Assembly (NCBI GenBank): GCA_903920315.1
Contig: CAIXLU010000243.1
Location: 1-15,439, forward strand
Length of the DNA stretch: 15,439 nucleotides
Direction of reading: 5' to 3'
From: an uncultured Oscillochloris sp.
Lineage (GTDB): Bacteria; Chloroflexota; Chloroflexia; Chloroflexales; Chloroflexaceae
Shown: positions 1 through 7,626 of the stretch, in pieces
How positions within the stretch are numbered: position 1 is the stretch's first letter
Layout of the letters: every line of letters starts with the position of its first letter
Translations under genes and position numbers: made by a program
Notes under the pieces: model-generated
What the model was told of the DNA's origin: nothing
The model's input: only the letters and a program-made list of their open reading frames with translations
Database searches by the model: none

Positions 1-54
1 GCGGGATTTTCCCGCGCCCACCCCCTTCCTGTTGCCTCTTCCCTGTTGCCTCGA

Positions 55-1359
55 TTACGGCTTGAAGGGTTTGGCTGTGGGGACGGTCTTCTGATCAATG
101 TCACCGGAGATCGGGTCAACGCCGGTGGTGAGCGTCCCATCAGCCAGGGCCTTCTGGATCTCCACGATCCGGGCCTTCACCGCCGCCGGGATGGCCGCGT
201 CGGTGTTGTGGTAGGGTGCTAGGCCCACGCCATTATCCTTGGCCTCGTAGATCACCGCATGCTTGCCCTTGAATGTGCCCGCCGCAATCGCCTTGATCTG
301 GTCGTAGACGGCCACATCCACCCGCTTGATCGCGCTGGTGAGTACCTTGCCGGCGCCCGATGCCTTGCCGCCCTGGAATGTTGGGCCGGCGTACTCATCC
401 TGATCCACGCCGATCACGTACACGCCCTTGGCTGCCGCCGCCGTGATCCCGCCCGATCCGGTCTGGCCACCGGCACCAAAGATCACGTCTGCCCCGTCAC
501 CGATCATCTGCTCTGCCGTGGAGGCACCGAGCGCAGAATCGATAAACGAAGGTACGTATACGCCCAACGCGTTTACTTCGGGATTGACATACTTCGCGCC
601 ATTCTCATAGCCATTCCGGTACTTCTTCACCGGCGGGATCTCCATACCCGCCACGATCCCAATCGTCCCGCTCTTTGTCACCATCCCGGCCAGTGCCCCG
701 GCCAGGAAACCCGCCTGATCCTCGCGGAACCGCAGGGTGACCAGATTGTCGGTCATGGCCTCGTCCTCGGTGACGGGAACCGCCGTTGCCGCTGACGGAA
801 CGGCTGTTGCCACCGGAGCCTTGGCGGAGTAGGTCTGATCCACCCCGATAAACTTAATCTCCGGGTGCGCGGCGGCTGCAGCCTGGGTCGCATCCGCAAT
901 CAGGAAGCCTACCGTGATGATCACGTCGTACTTCTCATCCACAAAGGTCTGGATGTTCTTCACGTAATCTGCCGATGCCTGGGTCTCGATGAATGTGAAC
1001 TCAAGGCCAAGCTCATCGGCGGCCTTCTTCGCACCCTCGTAGGCAAACTGGTTGAACGTGCCGTCGTTCACCTTACCCGTATCCGTCACCAGCGCAATGC
1101 GTGGCTTTGAGGAATTTGTCCCGGCAGCAGTGGGAGCCGTCGTCGCGGCAGTGGTTGCCTCAGTCGTGGGGGCCGTCGTTGCGGCAGCGGTCGCCGCAGC
1201 AGTTGCGGCAGTGGTCGCCGCAGCGGTCGCCGCAGCGGTCGCCGCAGCGGTCGCCGCCGGAGCGGCGGTGGGTGATGCCACTGGCTTGCCGCCACAGGCG
1301 GCCAACAACGGCACGATCAGCACGAGGAGAGTGAGCAAGCGTACAAGAGTCTTCCGCAT
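55..1359 (-). CDS. BMP-family (Med/PnrA-like) ABC transporter substrate-binding lipoprotein
   Basis: 434 aa. The N-terminus is a signal peptide with lipobox LLAAC-GG, followed by a long Ala/Thr-rich linker. The core carries BMP/PnrA-like motifs (GFLAGALAGM, IGVDQD, GGQTGSG). An RBS AAGGAG lies about 11 nt upstream of the ATG at 1359. Confidence 0.8.
   Translation of the reverse strand: MRKTLVRLLTLLVLIVPLLAACGGKPVASPTAAPAATAAATAAATAAATTAATAAATAAATTAPTTEATTAATTAPTAAGTNSSKPRIALVTDTGKVNDGTFNQFAYEGAKKAADELGLEFTFIETQASADYVKNIQTFVDEKYDVIITVGFLIADATQAAAAAHPEIKFIGVDQTYSAKAPVATAVPSAATAVPVTEDEAMTDNLVTLRFREDQAGFLAGALAGMVTKSGTIGIVAGMEIPPVKKYRNGYENGAKYVNPEVNALGVYVPSFIDSALGASTAEQMIGDGADVIFGAGGQTGSGGITAAAAKGVYVIGVDQDEYAGPTFQGGKASGAGKVLTSAIKRVDVAVYDQIKAIAAGTFKGKHAVIYEAKDNGVGLAPYHNTDAAIPAAVKARIVEIQKALADGTLTTGVDPISGDIDQKTVPTAKPFKP
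1184..1255. repeat. About six tandem copies of a 12-nt unit (GCAGCGGTCGCC and variants) encoding the (TAAA)n linker of the lipoprotein
   Basis: The 12-mer tandem array is directly visible in the sequence. It translates on the minus strand to ATAAATAAATAAATTAATAAAT. Confidence 0.7.
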
Positions 1360-1475
1360 GGTGTAGGTCGCTCCTTAGACTAAAACGGGGTATCCATTCA
1401 TGAAGGGTAGTGAGGCCGAGCGATTATAGCATACCTGTTTGGCTATGGCGTATGCGTGGGAATCTTCAAACGGCT

Positions 1476-1504
1476 TTGACGCACCCTGAGGGGACGGGTA
1501 TAAT
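1476..1504 (+). promoter_or_regulatory. Sigma70-type promoter TTGACG-17bp-TATAAT in the divergent intergenic region upstream of the flippase-like gene
   Basis: A near-consensus -35 (TTGACG, 1476-1481) and a perfect -10 (TATAAT, 1499-1504) are separated by a 17-nt spacer. The element lies about 40 nt upstream of the ATG at 1543. Confidence 0.45.
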
Positions 1505-1542
1505 CGCGGCAGCATCAAACCAACGACAGGCGCTCGTCACCC

Positions 1543-2532
1543 ATGTCACTGAAAACCCTTCAGGGCAAGATTTTTGCCTCGCTCTTGCTCGGTCTCGCCG
1601 TGCTGGTGATGATCGGTCTCGCCAGCGATGTTCGCCAGGTCGGTCACGATCTGGGAGCCTTCCCCTGGGCGCTGCTGCCCGCTATCCTCGGTTTCACTCT
1701 GCTCAATTACATCTTGCGCGGGCTTAAGTGGGACTACTACCTGCGTCGGCTTAACCTGGGCGATGGCGTCGGACACCTCGACAGCGGCCTGATCTTCACT
1801 GCCGGCATGGTGATGGCCGTGACACCGGGGAAGATGGGCGAGGTGTTTAAGTCCTACCTGCTGAAGCGGATCAACGGCACGGCAGCCAGCATCTCGGCAC
1901 CGATTGTCTTGGCGGAGCGGCTCACCGATGGCCTGGCGATGCTCCTGCTGATGGCCTTCGGCCTGACTCTCTACCCACCGGCGCGTATCCTCTTCGCTGT
2001 GCTGCTGATCGCCAGCGTTGCCGGTATTTTGGTCGCTCAGAGCCAGCCACTTTCGCTGGCGATCATCGGTATGATCGAGCGGATGCCCTTTGGACAGCGG
2101 GTTGCCCCGCCGCTGCGCAATATCTACACGAGTACCGCTCAGCTCCTCAACTGGCGCATCCTGCTGATCTCCACCGTCATCAGCGTGATCTCATGGGGCT
2201 GCGAGTGTGTGGCCTTCTACTATGTTCTGACCGGCCTGGGTGTGGTCGGTACACCCCTGCTACTGCTCCAGGCAACCTTCATTTTTGCGGCCAGCACGCT
2301 GTTTGGTCTGGTCTCATTCCTCCCTGGTGGCCTGGGAGCCTCAGAGGTGAGCAGCGTCGGCTTGCTGGTGGCCCTTGTCGGCCAGAGCGCCAGCGCCGCT
2401 ACGACCGCCACGATCATCATTCGCTTTTGCACCCTGTGGTTTGGCGTCCTGCTTGGTGCCATCGCCCTGGCCTGGTTTGGCAGGCGACATACGGATCGCG
2501 GGGATCTTGTGGGTGCCGCAGGTTCCCAATAA
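1543..2532 (+). CDS. Flippase-like domain membrane protein (UPF0104 / lysyl-phosphatidylglycerol synthase TM-region family)
   Basis: 329 aa and polytopic. It has the characteristic loop motif W-YYLRRL...PGKMGEVFKSYLLKR (the P..GE..R..L signature of the UPF0104/LPG_synthase_TM family) followed by several further TM helices. Confidence 0.6.
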   Translation: MSLKTLQGKIFASLLLGLAVLVMIGLASDVRQVGHDLGAFPWALLPAILGFTLLNYILRGLKWDYYLRRLNLGDGVGHLDSGLIFTAGMVMAVTPGKMGEVFKSYLLKRINGTAASISAPIVLAERLTDGLAMLLLMAFGLTLYPPARILFAVLLIASVAGILVAQSQPLSLAIIGMIERMPFGQRVAPPLRNIYTSTAQLLNWRILLISTVISVISWGCECVAFYYVLTGLGVVGTPLLLLQATFIFAASTLFGLVSFLPGGLGASEVSSVGLLVALVGQSASAATTATIIIRFCTLWFGVLLGAIALAWFGRRHTDRGDLVGAAGSQ

Positions 2533-2562
2533 TGGATCATACTGCTGGATGGAGGAATAGCG

Positions 2563-2979
2563 ATGGCTTCAATCTTCACGCGCATTGTGAACGGAGAGAT
2601 CCCGGCAACCAAGATATACGAGGACGCGCAGACACTGGCCTTTCTTGATGTAAACCCGGCCTCTCGCGGACACACCCTGGTGATCTGCAAGCAGGAACTG
2701 CCAACTCTGCTTGATCTGCCGCCCGACCTGCTGGCTGCGGTGGGGAATTCGGTGCAACGGGTGGCCCGTGCGATCATGGACGCCCTGCACCCCGATGGGT
2801 TGAACATTGTGCAGAACAACGGTGTCGCCTCTGGGCAGACGGTGCCGCACTACCATGTGCATATTATCCCGCGCTGGGAGGGTGACCACGCCCTGAGCCA
2901 CTGGAAACCGGGCAGCATCACATCCGAGGAACTGCGCGAGCTTGCTGTGACGATCAGTTCGCGTATAGGGGGGGTGTAG
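2563..2979 (+). CDS. HIT-family (histidine triad) nucleotide hydrolase
   Basis: 138 aa. It carries the histidine triad HYHVHIIPR near the C-terminus and the N-terminal ...IP...YEDA...AFLDV...GH.LV motif typical of the HINT branch. An RBS GGAGGAA lies 7 nt upstream of the ATG. Confidence 0.85.
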   Translation: MASIFTRIVNGEIPATKIYEDAQTLAFLDVNPASRGHTLVICKQELPTLLDLPPDLLAAVGNSVQRVARAIMDALHPDGLNIVQNNGVASGQTVPHYHVHIIPRWEGDHALSHWKPGSITSEELRELAVTISSRIGGV

Positions 2980-3015
2980 GAGTGACTGGCGAATCGCCCC
3001 TACGGCCCAACAGAT

Positions 3016-3465
3016 ATGGATGACGCACAGATCTTCATCACTGTGGCCAGTCAGTCTGGCTACGGTGCCGCAGCGGCGGCGACAGCCTTGGCCTGGGCGC
3101 GAAATCGCCTGAGCGTTGGAGGCGTCGTGCCGTCCCGGCTCTATATTTTTCGTGGGGCCAGCAACAGTAGCGAGGGCACAGGTCAGACACCAAGCTCGCC
3201 TAGCCGCCCGCGTGTACTACTGGCCTTCGCTAGTGCCGACGCAGCCCTAAGCTTTGCTCAGGCCAGCGGGATTGCCGCCGCCCCACGCCTCGCCGCCTTG
3301 AGTATCGAACAGTTGCTCACGGCGCTCATCCAGCGTCCCATGATCACTGCGCTGCTCGTGGCTGATGATGGTGATAGTCCGCATGAGGCGGGCCTGCCCG
3401 CCGGGTTGCGTATTGAACGTGCTGCGCTGCTCGATCAATTGCAGAGTGCAGAGTGCAGATTGTAG
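3016..3465 (+). CDS. Hypothetical protein (149 aa), Ala-rich, with no recognisable domain
   Basis: This is the only long ORF in the region and its GC is typical of coding sequence. The last 8 codons are encoded by the CAGAGT/CAGATTG heptamer array, and the RBS is weak. The ORF is bracketed by a 12-bp direct repeat (see findings). Confidence 0.35.
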   Translation: MDDAQIFITVASQSGYGAAAAATALAWARNRLSVGGVVPSRLYIFRGASNSSEGTGQTPSSPSRPRVLLAFASADAALSFAQASGIAAAPRLAALSIEQLLTALIQRPMITALLVADDGDSPHEAGLPAGLRIERAALLDQLQSAECRL

Positions 3466-3583
3466 ATTGGTCAGCGCATCATCAGTGACGTATTTTGCCG
3501 TAGGGCACGACGTGCTGCCCCTACGGCCATATCGTGTTTGTATCTACAATCTGCGATCATACAATCTGCAATCTACAATCTGG
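3441..3583. repeat. Composite symmetric repeat: a degenerate heptamer array (GCAGAGT GCAGAGT GCAGATT GTAGATT) at 3441-3469, a GC hairpin (CCGTAGGG / CCCTACGG, 8-bp stem) at 3498-3526, and the same heptamer family in inverted orientation with three direct TACAATCTG copies at 3545-3582
   Basis: This was read directly from the sequence. CAGATTGTAGATTG (3456-3469) is the exact reverse complement of CAATCTACAATCTG (3569-3582). TACAATCTG occurs at 3545, 3560 and 3574. Confidence 0.7.
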
Positions 3584-3592
3584 AGGGGTGCT

Positions 3593-4594
3593 ATGGGGAG
3601 CCGGTTCGATGAACTGCGGATCTTTGCGGGGAACGGGAACACCGCCCTTGCCCACGCGATATGCCACCGTATCAATGTGCCGCTTGGCGATGCGACGATT
3701 GTGAAGTTTAGTAATGAGAATATTTTTATTAAGCTGAATGAAAGCGTGCGCGAGAAGGATGTCTTTGTGGTGCAGTCGCTCTCGGCACCAAACCTGAGCG
3801 ACCGAATTATGGAACTGCTGATTATGATGGATGCCTGTAAGCGGGCCTCAGCAGGGCGGATTACGGCGGTCATCCCGTACTACGCCTACGGGCGCACCGA
3901 TAAACGCGATCAGCCGCGTGTGCCGATTACCGCTCGCTTGCTCGCTGATATGATCCAGGTCGCCGGTGCCCATCAGGTACTCACTATTGATCTGCACGCT
4001 GGGCAGATCCAGGGCTTCTTCAACATTCCCACCGACGAACTGACCGCGATGCACCTGCTGGTGCGCTACTTTGCTGACAAGGGGTGGGACGACACCATTG
4101 TTGTTTCGCCTGATGTCGGCTTTGCCAAGCGGGCGCGCAATTTTGCCGAGGCGCTCGGTGCGCCCCTGGCCATCGCCGAAAAGCGCCGTGTGCAGCACTT
4201 TGGCCGTAGCGACGGCGGCAGCCTGACCTCGCCCGAGATCTTGAATTTGATCGGCGATGTGGCTGGCAAGCGCTGCATCCTGGTGGATGACGAGATCGCC
4301 ACCGGCGGATCAATGCTTGAGGTCATCGGACTCCTTGAGCGCGAGGGTGCCCGCGAGATTTACGCGAGCTGTGTTCATGCGGTGTTGGCAGGCAACGCGG
4401 TTGAGCGCTTGCGCAACAGTTCGCTTAAAGAGTTGGTCACCACCGACACCCTGCCCCTGCCAGCGGAGAAGCGCTGGCCCGAACTGACGGTTCTTAGCGT
4501 GAGCCACCTGATCGCCGAGGTGATCCAGCGCATCCACAGCGGCATCTCGGTGGATACAATCTTCCAGCAGCGCAACCACCCGGCGCTGGGGTGA
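3593..4594 (+). CDS. prs: Ribose-phosphate pyrophosphokinase (PRPP synthetase)
   Basis: 333 aa starting at MGSRFDELRIFAGNGN; the long upstream extension in the ORF track is non-coding. It has hallmark Prs motifs: DLHAGQIQGFF, VVSPDVGFAKRARNFAE and the PRPP-binding loop ILVDDEIATGGSM. An RBS GGAGGGG lies 4-10 nt upstream. Confidence 0.92.
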   Translation: MGSRFDELRIFAGNGNTALAHAICHRINVPLGDATIVKFSNENIFIKLNESVREKDVFVVQSLSAPNLSDRIMELLIMMDACKRASAGRITAVIPYYAYGRTDKRDQPRVPITARLLADMIQVAGAHQVLTIDLHAGQIQGFFNIPTDELTAMHLLVRYFADKGWDDTIVVSPDVGFAKRARNFAEALGAPLAIAEKRRVQHFGRSDGGSLTSPEILNLIGDVAGKRCILVDDEIATGGSMLEVIGLLEREGAREIYASCVHAVLAGNAVERLRNSSLKELVTTDTLPLPAEKRWPELTVLSVSHLIAEVIQRIHSGISVDTIFQQRNHPALG

Positions 4595-4601
4595 TGTGAG
4601 A

Positions 4602-4660
4602 ATAGCCGATAGCCGATAGCCGATAGCCGATAGCCGATAGCCGATAGCCGATAGCCGATA
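4602..4660 (+). repeat. Heptamer short tandem repeat (ATAGCCG) x 8.4, immediately after the prs stop codon
   Basis: Eight perfect tandem units plus a partial ATA are visible. The array is preceded by GGTGATGTGAGA, which contains the prs TGA stop codon. Confidence 0.9.
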
Positions 4661-4661
4661 C

Positions 4662-4747
4662 AGCAATCCTCTTGGATCCGTGAAGGAGAGTCAAGGCTTC
4701 AGCCGACTAAAGCCTTGACTCCCCTTCACGGATCCAAGAGGATTGCT
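4662..4747. repeat. Very long hairpin / inverted repeat with two 38-nt arms (1 mismatch) and a 10-nt loop CAGCCGACTA
   Basis: The left arm AGCAATCCTCTTGGATCCGTGAAGGAGAGTCAAGGCTT (4662-4699) is the reverse complement of the right arm (4710-4747) except for one position. No T-tract follows it. Confidence 0.85.
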
Positions 4748-4866
4748 ATACCAACAGGCGGTGATGATTCTTCCCCATGTGTTCGTAATAAGCGTATACT
4801 ATACTCTGATCGTACCCACCGACCCACGTCGTTATTATCGGCTTTTGTCGTTGTGAGGAGAGATCT

Positions 4867-5538
4867 ATGAGCACACAGACCTGCCCAACATGTGATGCCC
4901 CTCTGCCCATAAACGCTCGCTTCTGCTCCAATTGCGGCCACGTCATTGCTCAGACCAATGAGACAGTATCACTCACCACACCGCAACCCCCAGTCCAGAC
5001 TTCGACCCCAAACCCGTATGCGGCGCAACCTCTTGCCCCCCAACAGCCCTACCCGCCACAACCAATGCAGGGACAGCAACCCTACGGTCAGCCGCAGCCC
5101 TACGGTCAGCCACAGCAGCCCTATGGTCAGCCGCAGCCCTACGGTCAGCCACAGCAGCCCTATGGCCAGCCGCAGCCCTATGGCCAGCCGCAGCCCTATG
5201 GCCAGCCGCAGCCCTACGGCCAGCCGCAGCCCTATGGCCAGCCGCAACAAATCAACGTAGTGGTCAATACAACGGCTCAGGCGGTGGCTCAGGGAAGCCC
5301 AATGGGCGTAGTCATTGTGAAGCAGAAGAGTGTTCTTGTCGCATTCCTGCTGACTTTCTTCTTCGGCCCCCTTGGTATCTTCTACGTGAATGTGGTCGGA
5401 GCGATCATCTTCACCCTCGTGACAATTGTCCTGGGCGTGTTAACATACGGTACCTTTAGCTTTTTGGCCTGGATTATCAGTATGATCTGGGGTGTTGTTG
5501 CCGCGTCGAACTACAACAAAAAGATCATCGTGCGCTGA
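4867..5538 (+). CDS. Zinc-ribbon domain / TM2-like domain membrane protein with a Pro-Gln-rich PYGQPQ repeat linker
   Basis: 223 aa. The N-terminus is a [19 protein letters not shown] zinc ribbon (CxxC-x14-CxxC). The central region has about 11 copies of (Q)PYGQPQ. The C-terminus has two TM helices with the TM2/NINE-like signature [22 protein letters not shown]...W. An RBS GAGGAG lies 6 nt upstream of the ATG. Confidence 0.6.
   Translation: MSTQTCPTCDAPLPINARFCSNCGHVIAQTNETVSLTTPQPPVQTSTPNPYAAQPLAPQQPYPPQPMQGQQPYGQPQPYGQPQQPYGQPQPYGQPQQPYGQPQPYGQPQPYGQPQPYGQPQPYGQPQQINVVVNTTAQAVAQGSPMGVVIVKQKSVLVAFLLTFFFGPLGIFYVNVVGAIIFTLVTIVLGVLTYGTFSFLAWIISMIWGVVAASNYNKKIIVR
5080..5247. repeat. In-frame tandem 18-nt (sometimes 21-nt) repeat CCCTACGGTCAGCCGCAG (Q), about 9 units, encoding the PYGQPQ repeats
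   Basis: This is a visible nucleotide-level tandem repeat with synonymous variation (TAC/TAT, GGT/GGC). Confidence 0.8.
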
Positions 5539-5565
5539 TGTGAAACATAAGCAGTGGTTTTGCAT

Positions 5566-5609
5566 AAAAAACACGATGGAGGAGGCGAAGCCTCCTCCAT
5601 CGTGTTTTT
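5566..5609. terminator. Bidirectional rho-independent terminator between convergent genes
   Basis: AAAAAA + ACACGATGGAGGAGG (stem) + CGAAG (loop) + CCTCCTCCATCGTGT (stem) + TTTTT. The 15-bp perfect stem is flanked by an A-run on one side and a T-run on the other, so it can terminate transcripts from both the + gene ending at 5538 and the - gene ending at 5650. Confidence 0.85.
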
Positions 5610-5649
5610 CGCGCTGACCAGCGGCGACGTTACCCCGTTGCCGAGCGAG

Positions 5650-6336
5650 TTATTTTCGGTGTCCGAGAATATATCCGATCAGGAAGGCGACGATCACCCA
5701 GGGCAACCAGGACTGCTCCTTGAGAAAATTCTCCACCGCACCGCGAGCTACATCAGCCTCGCTGAGTTGCTCGTGGGCGGGGACAATGATCACGCGGCGC
5801 TCGAAGCTGGGAGCGGGAGATAACTCGGGGACGACCACCTCAACCGGCGCGGGAGCAGCGACCGGCTCCATCTCAACGGGGGCGAGTTCGCCGCTGCGGC
5901 GGGATTCGATCAGGTCTGCTAGAGCCTTCAGGTTTTGATTGATCAACGTCTTCGCCGCACCGTCAATCAGGCGCTGCCCCACACTCGCAATCGCGCCGCC
6001 AATATGGGCCTCGCCGCCATAGTCGAGGATTGTTGTGCTGCCCTCATCACGCAGCTTGATGGTGCCAGTACCCTTGAGAAAACCGTTGCTGCCCTTACCC
6101 TCAACATGAATCGCATAGGACTCAGGAGTGACAAGGTTGTCAATCTTCACACGACCGTGGTAGACGCCACGCACCGCATGAAGGGCAATTTTCACAGTCG
6201 TCTCATACTCATCGTCACCGACATGGTCAAGGTGCTGACAGCCTGGAATGGCCCGTGCCATCACCTCAGGGTTCCTAATCGCCGACCAGACTTCCTCACG
6301 GGTGGCCTCGAAGGTGTAGTTTCCTGCAATCCTCAC
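5650..6336 (-). CDS. coxG: CoxG-like SRPBCC-family protein (carbon monoxide dehydrogenase subunit G family) with a C-terminal membrane anchor
   Basis: 229 aa from a GTG start (VRIAGNYTFEATREEVWSAIRNPEVMARAIPGCQHL...), which matches the CoxG family N-terminus. An RBS AAGGAG lies 5 nt upstream of the GTG. The longer ORF extension back to 6531 runs through an AT-rich, low-GC region and is probably not translated. The C-terminus has a hydrophobic helix WLPWVIVAFLIGYILG followed by HRK. Confidence 0.65.
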   Translation of the reverse strand: MRIAGNYTFEATREEVWSAIRNPEVMARAIPGCQHLDHVGDDEYETTVKIALHAVRGVYHGRVKIDNLVTPESYAIHVEGKGSNGFLKGTGTIKLRDEGSTTILDYGGEAHIGGAIASVGQRLIDGAAKTLINQNLKALADLIESRRSGELAPVEMEPVAAPAPVEVVVPELSPAPSFERRVIIVPAHEQLSEADVARGAVENFLKEQSWLPWVIVAFLIGYILGHRK

Positions 6337-6647
6337 AGATGCTCCTTCGTCGGCAACCCGACGACGCACACACAACACGCGAAGCGGCGGTGCAGCATCG
6401 CGTGGTATTGATACACTGGTGAATATAATATTAATACTCTTGGATACAGTCATCGTACCTGAAGCCCATTCCCTTATCAAAATAGGTATGACAGTAAACC
6501 AGGGTTGGTTCCCATGCCTTACCCACATCATCTGCTACAATAGCTCTGTTGAACACGCATCTGCATAGCGGGTGCGGTGTTCCAAATCTAACACCTGAAA
6601 CCTCGTCATAGTGCCTTAATCTTACACGTGGAAGTGAGATAGAGAAC

Positions 6648-7598
6648 ATGATCACAACACTCCAGAAAAAGATCGGTGACCCGCAGCAGTCGGTGACGCT
6701 CTATGGCTCAACCCCGCCCCGTGCGGGCGCATCGGCAGAGGTGTGTTCCAGAGCAGCGGCGCGTCTGGCTGAGCATGTGCGCGATTGTGGACTCGACGGA
6801 CTGGTGGTCTACGATGTGCAAGATGAGCAGGAGCGCACCAGTGAGCCTCGGCCCTTCCCCTATCAACCAACGATTGAGCCACGTATCTACGCCCACCTGC
6901 TTCAGGAACACACGGGATTAGCGACGATTACCTACAAGAGCGTGGGCACTCTGAGCGAGCCGGCGTGGCTCGACTGGCTGAAGCAGGCGCATCAGAGCTA
7001 CGGCCTTGGAATGCTCACCCTTGTGGGCTCTGCTACGCCTAACCCGCCGCCGGATGCGCTCTCCGCTGACCGGGCCATGCAGCTTGCGCGCACGCACGCC
7101 CCACACGTTATGCTGGGCGGTGTGATGATCGCCGAGCGCCATACTCCAGCCTACCGCGAGAGCCAGCGGCTGATCGCCAAGGCTACCCAGGGCAGCCGCT
7201 TTTTTGTCTCACAGGTAGTGTACGATCCTGAGCCGACCGCCCGGTTGCTCACCGATTACGCCCAGGATTGCCGACAGCATGGGGTGACGCCGCAGCGCAT
7301 TATCCTGACCTTCTCGCCCTGCGGGCGACCCGCCACGATGACGTTCCTGAAGTGGCTGGGCGTGGCCATGCCCCCAGCGACTGAGCAGGCTATTCTGGGC
7401 GACTCGGCCCCCTTCACGAAGTCTATCCAGATCTGTTGTGCAAACCTCGCGATTCTGACCGAAGTCGCCGCCGCCGAGAGGATTCCGCTGGGGATTAATA
7501 TCGAGAGCGTTTCGATCCATAAGGATGAACTGGCCGCCTCGATTGAACTAGTTCAGGCTCTGCGTGCGGTGGCAACCCCGCATTCGCATGCGGACTAA
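6648..7598 (+). CDS. Methylenetetrahydrofolate reductase (MetF/MTHFR)-family protein, divergent
   Basis: 316 aa. The segment KATQGSRFFVSQVVYDPEPTARLLTDYAQDCRQHGVTPQRIILTFSPCGRPATMTFLKWLGVAMP follows the MetF pattern GA.RAITQ.FFD......F.......G..V.IIPGI.P......F......V.IP. The N-terminal TIM-barrel-like region is consistent. The family assignment comes from motif recall, not a search. Confidence 0.5.
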   Translation: MITTLQKKIGDPQQSVTLYGSTPPRAGASAEVCSRAAARLAEHVRDCGLDGLVVYDVQDEQERTSEPRPFPYQPTIEPRIYAHLLQEHTGLATITYKSVGTLSEPAWLDWLKQAHQSYGLGMLTLVGSATPNPPPDALSADRAMQLARTHAPHVMLGGVMIAERHTPAYRESQRLIAKATQGSRFFVSQVVYDPEPTARLLTDYAQDCRQHGVTPQRIILTFSPCGRPATMTFLKWLGVAMPPATEQAILGDSAPFTKSIQICCANLAILTEVAAAERIPLGINIESVSIHKDELAASIELVQALRAVATPHSHAD

Positions 7599-7608
7599 CT
7601 AGGCTAAA

Positions 7609-7626
7609 ATAGCCGATAGCCGATAG
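7609..7626 (+). repeat. Heptamer repeat (ATAGCCG) x 2.6, 10 nt after the stop of the MetF-like gene
   Basis: AAAATAGCCGATAGCCGATAGTTGG. Same unit and orientation as the array at 4602. Confidence 0.8.

Noticed and set aside
1-54. Terminator for the minus-strand lipoprotein gene, namely the small hairpin GCGGGATTTTCCCGC at 1-15 and the 11-bp direct repeat CCTGTTGCCTC at 28-38 and 42-52
   Set aside because: The window edge cuts the region, so a U-tract cannot be assessed. The stem is only 6 bp. I left it as an unscored observation.
1410-1727. 105-aa + strand ORF in the divergent intergenic region
   Set aside because: It overlaps the consensus promoter and the start of the flippase-like gene in another frame, and it has no RBS.
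2220-2819. 199-aa minus-strand ORF spanning the flippase-like/HIT junction
   Set aside because: It is antisense to two genes with clear family motifs, and it spans their intergenic RBS region.
3365-3592. Upstream 76-codon extension of the prs ORF (MMVIVRMRRACPPG...)
   Set aside because: It runs through the heptamer/hairpin repeat structure and overlaps the end of the hypothetical ORF. Prs homology and a strong RBS begin at the ATG at 3593.
3441-3592. PRPP/purine-type riboswitch upstream of prs
   Set aside because: The structured region consists of simple heptamer arrays plus one GC hairpin. I cannot recognise any ykkC, PRPP or purine riboswitch consensus elements in it.
4602-4660. Possible CRISPR array suggested by regular short repeats
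   Set aside because: The units are 7 bp and directly adjacent with no spacers. No cas genes or leader are present. This is a simple tandem repeat, not a CRISPR array.
4310-4694. Minus-strand ORFs encoding YRLSAIGYRLSAIG repeats
   Set aside because: These are artefacts of translating the stop-free reverse complement of the (ATAGCCG)n array. They also overlap the well-supported prs gene.
4946-5260. ORFs 4946..5260 (+) and 4969..5250 (-) with repetitive [11 protein letters not shown] / [12 protein letters not shown] proteins
   Set aside because: These are alternative-frame and antisense translations of the 18-nt tandem repeat inside the zinc-ribbon/PYGQPQ gene.
5554-5823. 89-aa + strand ORF
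   Set aside because: It starts inside the bidirectional terminator hairpin and runs antisense through the 3' end of the coxG-like gene.
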